A stretch of 63,887 nucleotides of DNA, filler included, from Neoconidiobolus thromboides FSU 785 (GCA_025603075.1; 6 parts of 6 records of this genome joined end to end with filler, not necessarily neighbours in it), one strand, 5' to 3'. Shown: positions 12,201 through 24,086, counted from the whole stretch's first letter. Numbers and translations are program-made. Notes: generated from the sequence alone by a model not told the origin.

Positions 12201-15200
12201 ATGAAAAGAGAGAATCGCACAAGTCGAATATTAGAATTACGCAACAAATTTGAGAGTGAAAAAGCTATCTCGGATCCTCCTCCCTCTCCCACTTCTAATG
12301 ATATTAAATTAAAGCGAAGTTCATTTAATCAAGTTACTTCAAACATCATTAATACGGAATCAAAACTAAAGAGAAGTTCTTTAAATTATGGTAAGTATTA
12401 TTCATATCTTAGTTTAATCATATTATTAATAATAATATTCTTAATTTAGATAAATTAAAAAAATGGGGTAATCGATGGGAGCCTGGATTAAAAAGTAAAA
12501 GTAGGGAATTGAATCAAGTGAAGGAAAAGAAGAATGACGAGACTAATATACAAGAAAGTAATTTGATAGATAATAATGTTATTAAGACTGATGAACCTCT
12601 TGAATTATTGAAAGAAAAAGAGGAAAAAGTTGAAGTTGAAGGGAATATTGGTATAAGTACTAATAACTCTGTAGATTTAATAAAACAGCAGTTTGATAAT
12701 ATGAATATTGGTGATTTAGAACCGAAAAATTTGATAAAAGAAGGCATCGATGATATAGTGAAAGAAGAAGAGGACGTCACTATTAAGAATAATGAGCCAA
12801 TTGATTTGATAGAAGAAAGTTTTAATAATGTAAATAATTTGGACAACATACAGCAGGGAAATAAAAATGAAAACAATCTAAATAGCCAAAATGAGGAATC
12901 TATTGATTTAACTGAAGAAGGATTCGATACTATAAATAATAAAGAAGAAACTCAACAAGTGAAAGATGATAGTATTAAAAATCCTGAACCTATTTTATCA
13001 ACAAAAGGAGAAGCTTTAGCATTAACAATAAATCAAGGGGGTGATATCCAAAATCTAATAAGTAATGGTGCAATCGATGACCTTTCCATTCAATTAAAAG
13101 ATCCTGTTTGGAGTTCGGAAGAAGAAATTGTAAATCATTTAGCAACTGATAATCATAAAAGAGGTTCTTTTTTAACAGCAGATAATAGTATTATATTATC
13201 TGAATATTCAATGAGTGAAAGTGATCCTAGTGGTAACCTTCGATTGGATGAGAATGGAAATGATGTTTTGTCAATATCTCGTTTGTTAGGAGATGATGCT
13301 TTGTTAAACGAGAATTCATTTTTGAATGATAAAAGTGGAGTATCTTCCTCCTTTTTTGATGAGAAAAGTAAATTGGAAGAAGGGTTGGTTAACGGACATA
13401 GTAGTAGTTTTATTATTAATCAGGAGGAAGAAGAGGATAATAATAAACCAGTTCTTGAGTGGGAGAAAAAAGAAAGTGATAACATTGTATCGGAAGATAG
13501 TAATGCTTTAGATAAAGGAGATACTAAGGAAGATAATTTGATAAATAAAAATATTATACTGGGTGATAATAACGTAGATAGTATATTAGAAAACGATAGC
13601 AGTGTTAAATTAGTGGATAATAAAGAAAATGAATTAAGTAATGATCGTGTTGTATTTGATAATAGTATCACTGAACCAAAAGATGATAAAGTTAAAGATA
13701 ATGAAGTTGTTAGTCCAAATAATAATCAGAGTTATAAAAACAGTGTTGTATTGGATAATGATAATACTAAGTTAATTAATAATATTAATAATGATACTAT
13801 ATTAAATAATAATAATCCATTGGAGGAAATTAGTGGTGATGTATACAAATATACTAACAACACTATATTAGAGAATAGTAATAATAGATTAGAGGATAGT
13901 ATTTTATCAAGTGAAAATACAGTATATCGTAAAGTCATTAATGATGGTATTGAATTAGATAATAATATTACAGTAAATGAGAACACTTCAATGAATGGCG
14001 ATGTAATAAACAGGGATATTATGTTAGACAATAGCATCAATAACAGTGTAAATAATAATAACATATTAGACAGCACTACTTCTATGAAGAATAGTAAGGA
14101 TGTTAATGCTATTTCAAATAACAATATGAGTAAAGAAACCCAACAGCATAAAAAAGCACAATTAAGTAACGTAAGTGAAGATCAATTACATGACATCACC
14201 AGTTTATATTATGAAGATGTAACCAATTCAGAAGAAGAAAATGAAATAATAGAAAGTAATAAAGAATATTTAAAATATTTACAAATTGAAATACCAGAAG
14301 AATGTTATATACCATTACAATGTTTTATTTATCAAGAAAGTATAGCTTATTTTAGTTTATTAAAAGAATTTGAGGGGGCTATTTTTAATGCTAATATTAA
14401 AAAAAATTATTTTGTGGCCTGGGAAAAATGGCAAGAAAATATCATTAATGCAGCAAAGCAATTGTTTGCTAAGGAAGGTAAGTTTATTAGTTTAGTTTAG
14501 TTATTTATCTAATTTGGTTTTATATAGGATTAAGTTTAGAACCAGAGGATTTAGAATTTGAAATTGATTTTAATTTAATATTGATATTATTTAAAGAAGA
14601 CATCAATTTAAGTAAATCCATCTTATTACAATTATTAATTTCTTTAATTAAAGATGGTAATTATGACAATAAAACAAGACATTTTTTAATATTAATGGGC
14701 AATAAATTAAATGTGACAATAAAGGACTATTTAAATGAATTAGAAATTCCATTAGCTTTAGATTTATTTAACCAAGAAATTAATGATTTTAATAAAAATT
14801 CAGAAAATCAAATAACACATCGAGAAAATCAATCTAAAACTTCACGTTGGGCATGGACTTCTTTAGGAGCTATTGGAGGTGGTGTTGCTTTAGCTGTAAC
14901 AGGTGGTTTAGCTGCTCCGTTGGTGTTACCTTATATGGGAGCAGTGTTTGGTGCCTCTTCTTTATTAGCAGGTACAAGTGGTATTGCTTTAGTAACTTCT
15001 TTATTTGGTGCTACTGGTGCAGGGTTAGCAGGATATAGAGTATCCAGAAGAATTGGAAGTATAAAAGAGTTCACATTTTTACCATTAATCAAAAAAAATG
15101 AATTAAAAAGACGATCCTTAAATGTAACTATTGGTATAAGTGGTTGGTTAAAATCCGAAGAAGATTTAATTTCACCATGGAAAAAATTAAAAGAAGGAGA

Positions 15201-16086
15201 CATGTATTGTTTAAAATATGAAACAGAAATATTGTTATCAATTGGTCAAGCATTAAATAGTTTATTAGCTACTTCTGTTATTGGTATTGCTACAAATGAA
15301 GTATTAAAAAAAACAATCTTAAATGGATTAGTGGCTTCTATTGCTTGGCCATTGACTATTTTACAAGCTGGTAGTATATTAGATAATCCATGGTCATTGG
15401 GTTTAGATAGAAGTAAAAAAGCAGGATTAATATTAGCAGATGCATTAATTAATTATGCACAAGGTCATCGACCTGTTAATTTAGTTGGATTTTCATTAGG
15501 AGCAAGGGTAATCTTTTATTGTTTAGAAGAATTATTATTACGCTCCGAAAACAATTTTCAATTATTTGATATCATTGAAAATGTGGTATTGTTAGGGGCT
15601 CCAATTACTTGTGATAAAAAGCGATGGAAGGCTGTTAGAACTTTAATTTCTGGTAGATTTATTAACGGCTATATTGAACAAGATTGGATCCTTTCCTTTT
15701 TACATCGTGGTTTAAATTATGGTCAATCAGTAGCTGGAAATATTAATCTGATCAAATATTGGAAAGAAGAATTATCAAATAAAGAAGATAATGAAGGTGA
15801 AGAAGATGAAGTGTTGGATTCAGATTCAAGTAAATCCGATATTGAATATTTAGATACAACTATGACCACTTATGAAGCTACTAGCTTAATGAAAATGAAA
15901 GAGAATAGTTTAAATATCAAAAATAATACTATTATTGAAAGTGTAGATTTATCTGAAATTGTAGAAGGTCATTTGGATTATATTAATCAAGTACCTACAA
16001 TTCTGAACAAGTTGGGCTTCCAAATTAATGAATTTGAAAGCGATGTAGTACCAGAAACATTATTTGAAACAACATTTACTTTTTAA
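12201..16086 (+). CDS. DUF726 / TMCO4 (Mil1-like) alpha/beta-hydrolase-fold protein with a long acidic, Asn-rich N-terminal region (introns 12391-12449, 14478-14527)
   Basis: GGGVALAVTGGLAAP, LDNPW, AKKAGLILAD-like segment, RPVNLVGFSLGARVI, ENVVLLGAP and GHLDY. The introns join the three ORFs in frame. Confidence 0.88.
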
Positions 16087-16166
16087 ATGTCAAGTATGAA
16101 ATTTAGTTATAAATAAAGATTAAACATAAAATAAATGAACTAGAATATTTTGTTATTTTTTATTAT

Positions 16167-16538
16167 TTAAAAATTACTTAAATCTAATTGATTAACGCCA
16201 TCTAATTTAAAAACTTTTTCGATATTGTTAAAAGATATACTATTATAGTAATGAGGAAAATAGTGAGTATTATTATTCTCTATAACTGGTTCATATTTTA
16301 GTTTATCTTGGTTTAAATTCTTAGTTGATAATTTCAAAATTACTAAATCCTTCACATCTTTATAAAATCGAGTTAATACACCAGAAATTTGTTGTTTAGT
16401 ACATAAATGAATATAACCTGAGGATTGATCTAACGAAGTTAAAACTAAGGAATCAGAGTTGTTGCTGAAATCCTGATGGGAGACTTCACTCTGTTTGTAA
16501 ATTTTGTAAATATATGACTCGTTGATTGAGGTAGTCAT
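16167..16538 (-). CDS. DUF952 family protein
   Basis: IYKI, LDQSSGYIHLCT, LVILKL, LKYE and YFPHYY motifs. Confidence 0.85.
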   Translation of the reverse strand: MTTSINESYIYKIYKQSEVSHQDFSNNSDSLVLTSLDQSSGYIHLCTKQQISGVLTRFYKDVKDLVILKLSTKNLNQDKLKYEPVIENNNTHYFPHYYNSISFNNIEKVFKLDGVNQLDLSNF

Positions 16539-16997
16539 TTTTTAGATTTGGAATAAAAAAGTTCTAGTTTAAAATTTAATGAAAAGTTGTTTTAATTGTT
16601 TTAGTGCTTCATTCTAATTTTTTAAACCTTATGCCAAATAAGGGGAATGGACAAACTAATTAAAAGTAAAATTTTTGAAATTTTGAAAAGTTCAGTTTAT
16701 CTTGGTAAAAATTTAACAACTTTTTTCATCATCATTTATAAGACGTATCTTTTTGTAACTCAAAAGATACCTAGAAATAAGACACAAGTTTACTTCATAA
16801 AGTATACATTATATGCTATTAAAAAACCCTATTCAAAACTTTCAAAATCTCATAAATGTTTGCAATAACTAGCAGTCCTATTCATTTCCTAGATATTTTT
16901 CTTAGTATACTTTTTTTTATCATTTTATTTTTTCTTCATTTTTGAATCTTACTTTGTTTTGATTCAATAAAATTTTAATACTTTAAATTTACAATTT

Positions 16998-17094
16998 GAG
17001 GGTGTATTTTGTATTTAAGAATTTTACTGTAATCTTTCCACTTAAATAGCGCTTAAAAAATGGAAAAATAATGAAATTAAAAAAAAACAGTCCC
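16998..17094 (-). mobile_element. MITE family 1 copy
   Basis: Full length; flanks ATTT/ATAT. Confidence 0.85.
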
Positions 17095-17099
17095 ATATA

Positions 17100-17184
17100 T
17101 TTTTTTTAATTTTTTGCTGACAATTATTCTATTCAAATAACGCTTGAAAAATGGAAAAAGTGATAAAATCAAAAAAAATACCTC
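17100..17184 (-). mobile_element. MITE family 1, degenerate copy adjacent to the previous one
   Basis: CAAATAACGCTTGAAAAATGGAAAAAGTGATAAAATCAAAAAAAATACCTC. Confidence 0.7.
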
Positions 17185-18017
17185 ATATTTACTACTCTTT
17201 TTAGAGATACTTTACTTGCTTATAGCAGTGTTTATTTATAATCAATTTAATAACTTTATCTGGAATTAGAAAGAGACTTCTAACTAGCAACGTACAGCGA
17301 ACATCATAATCAAACTACAAGAGAATAACTAATAATCATAGCGAATTTATGAATAACAAACGAATAGTTCTACAGGTTATAAATAATATTATAGGATATG
17401 GAATGTACTTCACATGGTTGCCTGAGAAATGAAATTATGGATCCTCAGCTAAAAAAGATATTTATTATCTTGAACAATGTTTTACGTTTACGTCTAAAAA
17501 TAATCTAATAATTCAATTAAATAAAAATCAAACTTGTCATTAAAAGCAGTAGAATTTAAATCAAATTATTACTATTGCGTTCTATACTAAAAATAAAAAA
17601 GTAACATTTTATTTTTGGTTTAAAGAAGGCATCTACTTTGAACACTATGATAATTTACATCTACCTTTTAGGTATTATTTAATAATCTAATTGAATAAAA
17701 ATCCGTTAAATTTGATCTTAAAAACATTACACTTTAAACTAGTTTACTATTACCGTGTTTCATATCCTAAATGAAAGTAGATGTTGTCATTTAACTTCTT
17801 GGTCAACGGTACTCAACCATTATAAAAACTCTCTCTAAACCCATGGTTATTTAAAAAAACCTAAATTCATAAACTTACCTGGTATACACATCATATCATA
17901 TCAATTTAATCTTCAAGACTAATGTCTTTAAAATAAACTATAATTTACTCTTTAATTTTATTAGATTTTACACCTGACATGGATCTTAATAAAAGGGTTA
18001 CAATGGGGATACTATAT

Positions 18018-18111
18018 GGGGATCTATTTGATTTAAGGATCTTGCTAATAATTTTTCCACTCAAATAGTGCTTAAAAGATCGAAAAAGTAATGAAGTAAA
18101 AAAACAGCCCC
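18018..18111 (-). mobile_element. MITE family 1 copy
   Basis: GGGGATCT...CAGCCCC; flanks ATAT/TATC. Confidence 0.85.
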
Positions 18112-18129
18112 TATCATAGAATAATGAGT

Positions 18130-18494
18130 CAAAGACGTATTTGTTTGGGACTGGAGAATATATTGGCCAATTTAGACCATAGGAGCATGATGAATTTGCA
18201 AATGTGTTACGTAATACAAGGAGTAGTGGAATCAAATCCAATAAAATATTTGCTTACAACACTGAGGTCAATGGTGTAAAACATACTTTTGCTACTGCAT
18301 GTTCTGTTGAATGTTATATAGAAGCATGTCAAAAAATGGTTTGGAATACATTCAATAGAGCAAAAGCGAGTGAATATAAAGAAATAGCAAAACTTGATGA
18401 ATACTTTGCCTCTTTTATTTATAAACCAGTTTCAATATTTAGTAATGGTTCTATAGACAGCTTAGCTAAAGAACTATTGACCGCCCTTGTTTAG
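18130..18494 (+). other. Orphan coding-like fragment, possibly a pseudogene or TE remnant
   Basis: About 120 codons with one internal stop (..QFRP*EHDEFANVLRN..ELLTALV*). GC is higher than the flanks. No family recognised. Confidence 0.3.
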
Positions 18495-18901
18495 CTTAGC
18501 TTACGATAGTTTTATTATTGCTTTTATAATAAACAAAGGATACAAATTTTTATTTTTTTTATTTTTTGCTATTCTATAATTTTAAAACTTTTATTTCGTA
18601 TGAGTTATTGTAATATAAGTTTTAATAGTTTGGTAGTCTTGGTTACTTGAATATATTTTATAGAAATTGGAAACGCTATGAAAAGAGCTACTATTAATTT
18701 AACTTTAAATACATGTATATTATCATATTTTTGACTTCAATGTTTAAATTAATTTTAATTTTAAGTCGTTAAAAAATGGACAAAATAGTTGAGAAAAATA
18801 GTATTTTTTATCTGTTTTGCTAATTTCAACAAACCAAGCTCAAAATTTTTGAGTTTTAATCGTTTTTAATTTTATCCAAATTTGTTTCTAATAAAATAAA
18901 A

Positions 18902-20737
18902 ATGAGACTTAAACTCAATATTATCAATAAAAGTAAAGAACAAGAACCAATTAATTATAAAAAAATATTATACGTAGTACCTAAAGATCAATCTGAACAT
19001 AAGATAAAGGATCTAATACAACAGGTAGTGAAAAAATATAACTTATCGAAAAAATTACCCAAATGGAAAGTATTATTTCAAGATTATGAGTTAGATAACG
19101 AGTTTATTGTAAATCAATGTTGTAATGATTTGGATGTTATAACGTAAGTTTTTTTAATTTAATTTTCAAGGAGTTAGGGTTTTAATATAGTGATTATTTA
19201 CTAGATTAAAGTATTGTAAAGTTGGTAACGAAAATAATGTTAAAGAAGAAAAAGAAGGGATTGTTAAAGCCAAGTAAGTGATAAGAAAAAGTGGTAATTG
19301 ATTATTTAATTAACATATAAATTTTAGAAATACAAGTAAAAGAGGGTTAATCGAAGAAGAGAAACAAACTGATAAGAAGAAAAAAGGTAAAGATTTAATT
19401 ATATAAAAGAAAATTTAAATTTATATAATTTCAAATATTAGTAAATAAAAAAGAGAATATCAAAAATATTGAAGAGGCTAATAAAAAGAGTGAAGGAGTC
19501 ACCATTAAAGATACTCCAACAACTACCGAAAATGACACCAGAAAGTTAACAGCTACCCAAAAGAGAAACTTAAGAAGAAAAAAACAATTATTATATGCAG
19601 TTAAAAATGAATTAATGGAAGAAAATAAAGATGATAATTCAATTCAGGTCATAGATGAGATTCTAAACTTAAATAATAGCCTTCACAAACAAGAAAAATT
19701 GAAACAAAATAGTGATAGGGATAATAAAACTAATTTTGTTACAAGTAAAAAAGATGTCAAAGCTAATGAAAATGGTAAACATAATACTATAAATCTAAAA
19801 TCCTTCTCCTAATAGTATTAGGTACTGAAATAAATAGTGATAATTTAAATGATGTTAGTATCAATTCGAAAGCTTTTTTTCATACTTTAAAAAATAAAGG
19901 GGATAACAAAAATAAGGAGAATGATAATATTAAAAAGATAATTAATTATAGAGTAACAAGAAAAGATGTTGAGGCTAATGAAAGTGGTAAGCAATTGTTT
20001 TAAAATTTATTTTTTGTTTATTAAGTTTATTAGGTATAGAAATAAATAATGATAATTTAAATGATAATTTAAATGACATCAGTATCAACTCCGAAGCTTT
20101 TTTTCATACTTTAAAAAAGAAAGGAGATAATAAAGACTATAACGAAAGTATACTAGACCAAAGCTTTATTAGTGAAAATTATCAAAAACATGAAGAAAAT
20201 CAGTTAAAGAAAGTAACCAAAATAAAGAACCAAAAGAAGAATATTAGAACTGAAGAGGATTACCAAAAAATGCAAATGCTCGATGTAAATATTATTTTAC
20301 CAGATAGTAATCAAAAGATGGCTTTTAAAGTAAAGGATTTTATAATTTATAATTATAAACAGACTAATAATTTATATTTTGTTTTAGATTTATGAATTAA
20401 CTAAAGATTATGGGATTGGTATATCAGATTTTAAAGTAAATTAAGAAACTGTGAAATTATCTGTTAAATTTATGTATTTATATTATTTTAGGAAGCCATT
20501 ATCACCAACTACAATTCAAACACCGAAGAAATAAGCTATAAATTAATTAATCAACAAGAAGAAATTAATGAAGTAGATGAAGAAGGAAATCTAATTTTGG
20601 GTAAGTTTGAATTAAAAGAAAACCCAATGATTCAAAATGAAAATGGAGCTACAGTAGAATATATTACGGAATCAGAGAAAGACACAATAACTACAGTGCC
20701 CTTTTCGAGTTTAATTGATGTCAGATTGTTGGAATAA
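18902..20737 (+). CDS. COIL: Coilin homologue (Cajal-body scaffold); exons 18902-19143, 19205-19273, 19328-19386, 19442-19774, 19822-19986, 20034-20329, 20388-20435, 20492-20737
   Basis: Phase-consistent splicing. The N-terminal ~90 aa resemble the coilin N-domain (MRLKL..KIKDLIQQV..LFQDYELDNEFIVNQCCNDLDVITL). The C-terminus MAFKIYELTKDYGIGISDFKEAIITNYNSNTEEI..GKFEL..NENGATVEY..VPFSSLIDVRLLE aligns with the human coilin Tudor-like domain as recalled ([64 protein letters not shown]). Confidence 0.85.
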
Positions 20738-21178
20738 AAAATAGATTTGGTTTTTAACTCAAATATCACTGTGTATTTTTGAAATTTATTTTTAAACTAT
20801 TGAACAATACTCTAGAGCTTTAATCTAACATAGATTAGTTTTATTATTGTTATTGTAATTTAACATTGCCTTTCAATTTTTTTAAAGCTAGTGACAAGTT
20901 TTTATTTGGTGAATTAAATCAAATAATATGTAAGGAAACTAAACCAAAGGATAGCAAAATTACGATTTTATTTAACTAAAAGAGCTTCGTCCATTACACT
21001 CTAAGGTATTTCAAAGCTCAAAAACTCTTTGAGGTTAAGACATACTCTTCGATCCAAATTGGGAAACCTAGTATTAGGAATGGATAAGGGGTGAGTTTTA
21101 GTTGACATAAAGAGATAGAGGGAAAGTTCGGATGGGTTTTTCACGTGTTTGTAGTATTATTTGAACTTAGACAATATT

Positions 21179-21274
21179 GGGGATGTATTTTTGTATTCAA
21201 GAATTTTACTAACAATTTTTCCGCTCAAATAGCACCTAAAAGATAGAAAAAATGAAGTCAAAAAAAACATCCCC
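21179..21274 (-). mobile_element. MITE family 1 copy
   Basis: GGGGATGTATTTTTG...AAAACATCCCC. Confidence 0.9.
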
Positions 21275-21599
21275 ATTAGATATATTTAGTCAGTCGAGTC
21301 AAAAAGCCTAAAAAAGCTCTATGTCAGGCACTATTTAATAATAGATATTGCTGAGAAAGGACATAGGTATAAAAGGATTATATTTTTATATATTAGGTAA
21401 ATTAGGGAAGAAGAGATATAATGCGGTAGTTTTAATTCAAATATTTAACAGTTTTAGCTAATAAGGTTTAAAATAACAATGACAATAACTAAGCACAGTA
21501 AATTCCCATTAATATAAAAAAGCTACTCTGTATTACACATCACTAATTTTAAATAGGCTAAAAATACAGAAATAAGATACAAGCAAAGAATCAAAATCA

Positions 21600-22988
21600 T
21601 AATGAGTCAAAACTCTGATTTAATTTCATCTAATTTAATTGAGCGTTTTTTATAGTCCATCATAATAATCTATAGTATGAATCTAGTCAATAGGCGCAAC
21701 TAACAATAAAGGGCTAGTAAACATATAAGTAACTTTTCATATCTTATTTTCAAATATATCAAGGTGTTTTGCCTTGATTGTTTCAAGTTTTGGAAATAAA
21801 GATAACAATTTCTCAAAGGACAAAAACTATACATGTTAGTTTGTTTGAAAGAGCTGCATTTGACTAACTCGCACTTTTCTTCGTAACTACCCTCCTTAAT
21901 ATAAAATAAGTCATCGACTATTTTTATAATATTATCATCTATAAAAAAACAACCTGAGCACTTGATATAAAAGAAATTACCATCAATGATTCTGTTGAAA
22001 ATTGATCGAAGTGGGTTTCTTTCAATCCTTACAATTTTGCAAATCAAAAGAGGTCAGATGTTTTGTATGAAAATGCCCTAAAGAAGTACTGTTGGTATAT
22101 TTTAATGATTTTATGATATTTTATACACTTTTGCTTTCAAAAATAGTATAATCAAGATACAATGATCCAATACTTTTTAATTGTTTAAAGTCGCTTAAAC
22201 AATTAAACTGGAATTCAATATCCCCCTTGATTTTTATCTCTAGGCTAGAATCAAAGTTTATGTTAGGATCAACTTCACTATTAGTAAAAATAAACGAGTC
22301 CAACTTTAAGTTTAATGCCTTTAAGTGTAACACCTTCAAGTTACCAAACTCTGTTTTAATGACATCCAACCCACTAAGATTTAGATGATGTTTAACATAA
22401 AATGTAAGAGACCTTATCTTGTTTAAGTTTAGACAAATCATCTTATCTTTAATGGTTAAAACAAAATTAATAATTTCAAGTGCTTCAAGTTGATTCAAAT
22501 ATCCATCAAATAGCCCAAGTGTTAGTGTGTCTTGTAAAGAACGCACTATTAATTTTTTCTAGCTTAGGTAATTTAATGCTTATTTCGAATTTACTATTTC
22601 TATCACTATTGATATTAAGACTGTTGCTATTATTGTTATTGTCATCACTGTCATCAATATTTCTATCATCGTAATCACAACGATATAAACTTATATAGTT
22701 TATGAATCTCGTGTCTGAGCAATATTCTAGATATTCAATGACATCGTCATTTATGTTAATACGCTTCGTTGACGATCCACTACTTACAATAAACTCTTTT
22801 CGATAATTGTATAATTTGTGTCATTTTTGAAGCTGTCTAAACTGGAGAAATTAAACTAAATCCAATAACACTTTTCGTAACCCTTAACATTTATTCAACA
22901 AACCCAAATTAAACAACTCCACTGGATGTAGTAATTCGAATATATTTTATAGTAAGTCATCTGGTAATCGATTAAGCTTTAATCCCAT
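21600..22988 (-). pseudogene. F-box/LRR-type gene pseudogene
   Basis: MGLKLNRLPDDLL*NIFELLHPVELFNLGLLNKC*. ORF fragments 22121-22546 and 21700-22047 are homologous to 2598-3914 (LNLSGLDVIKTEFGNLKVLHLK). The 3' limit is approximate. Confidence 0.85.
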
Positions 22989-23042
22989 TGTAAATAAAAA
23001 TCAGCAAAAGGAATGAAACAATTAATTCACTTTCCTTATAGC

Positions 23043-23356
23043 TTTTGATTTTTAATTGTAAATTTACAACTCATTATTATTGGTTGAATGAATCAAAGTA
23101 TCTGTCAAAAATGAGTTCAAATAACATGCAGAATGGTAATTGATACTTTGAAAACTATCAATGTTATTGTAAGTTTATTCGAATTTAGGATACTTAACTT
23201 TAATAGCAAGGTTATTAATAATTAAACTCAAAACTCAAGTAACACAATTGAAAATTAAAAATAATCTGATAAAATTTTATTTACCTTTCAAATTATTAAA
23301 ATTAAAGTTTTTCATATCATAAGCAATGCTAATAAAGTAACTACTAATTAATTATG
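23043..23356 (-). repeat. Inverted copy of 1-314 at the opposite end of the same contig
   Basis: Direct reverse-complement reading. Confidence 0.9.
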
Positions 23357-23456
23357 NNNNNNNNNNNNNNNNNNNNNNNNNNNNNNNNNNNNNNNNNNNN
23401 TTAATTAATTAANNNNNNNNNNNNNNNNNNNNNNNNNNNNNNNNNNNNNNNNNNNN
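23357..23456. other. Artificial contig spacer (44 N + TTAATTAATTAA + 44 N)
   Basis: Stop codons in all six frames; the same structure occurs at all five gaps. Confidence 0.97.
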
Positions 23457-23989
23457 ATTGCTGGGTTGACTACACTATAAGTCGAAAGGTCTTAGTTTAT
23501 GTGACTAATATAGACTTGGATTATGAGGAATAGCACGTAATAGGTTACTAGCTATATAAGACAAATAGAATAGACAATACTAATGTAAAACCTATGTAAA
23601 ATACTATTAAGAAAACTTAGTGGCTTTATTAAATGTTCGAGATATCAGGTAATAATTCAGTTAAAAAGCCTCGAACTATTATACTCTGTAAACTCTTTTA
23701 TACTCTGAAAAGTATAAATATCAAAATGAGAAGATGATATTCTTTTGGATGGAGCTAGAAATTCTCATAACAAATCAAAATAAGAACATGGGATTAATTT
23801 CCTCTGAACTCGAGAACACAACAGCTTAGGCGATTGTTATGTTATAATTAACCATGGGACTGACAAAGCGATATTTCACAAATAGGTTGCAACGTTGATA
23901 TTTTATTGCTATTATTACTTATTTTTGAATAATCATGTTGATTTCTATTTATATTAAACCCAAAACTTTTACATTCATTGAAAGAATAT

Positions 23990-24086
23990 GGGGGTGTTTT
24001 TTTGACTTCATTACTTTTTGCATTTTTAAGCGCTATTTGAGTGGAAAAGCTATTAACAAATTTCTTAAACACAAAAATACATCCCC
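23990..24086 (+). mobile_element. MITE family 1 copy inside the OSCA pseudogene
   Basis: Full length; TSD ATAT/ATAT. Confidence 0.93.

Noticed and set aside
12514-14124. Antisense and alternative-frame ORFs (12514-12876, 13326-13511, 13420-13671, 13732-14124)
   Set aside because: Shadow ORFs of the low-complexity DUF726 exon with Leu/Ser/Phe mirror composition.
14847-15203. Cys/Trp-rich ORF 14847-15038 and antisense ORF 14931-15203
   Set aside because: Alternative frames of the Gly/Ala-rich DUF726 segment.
17872-17883. U1 snRNA 5' end (ACTTACCTGG)
   Set aside because: No U1 stem-loops or Sm site follow; it is most simply the reverse complement of an AG/GTAAGT splice-donor-like sequence.
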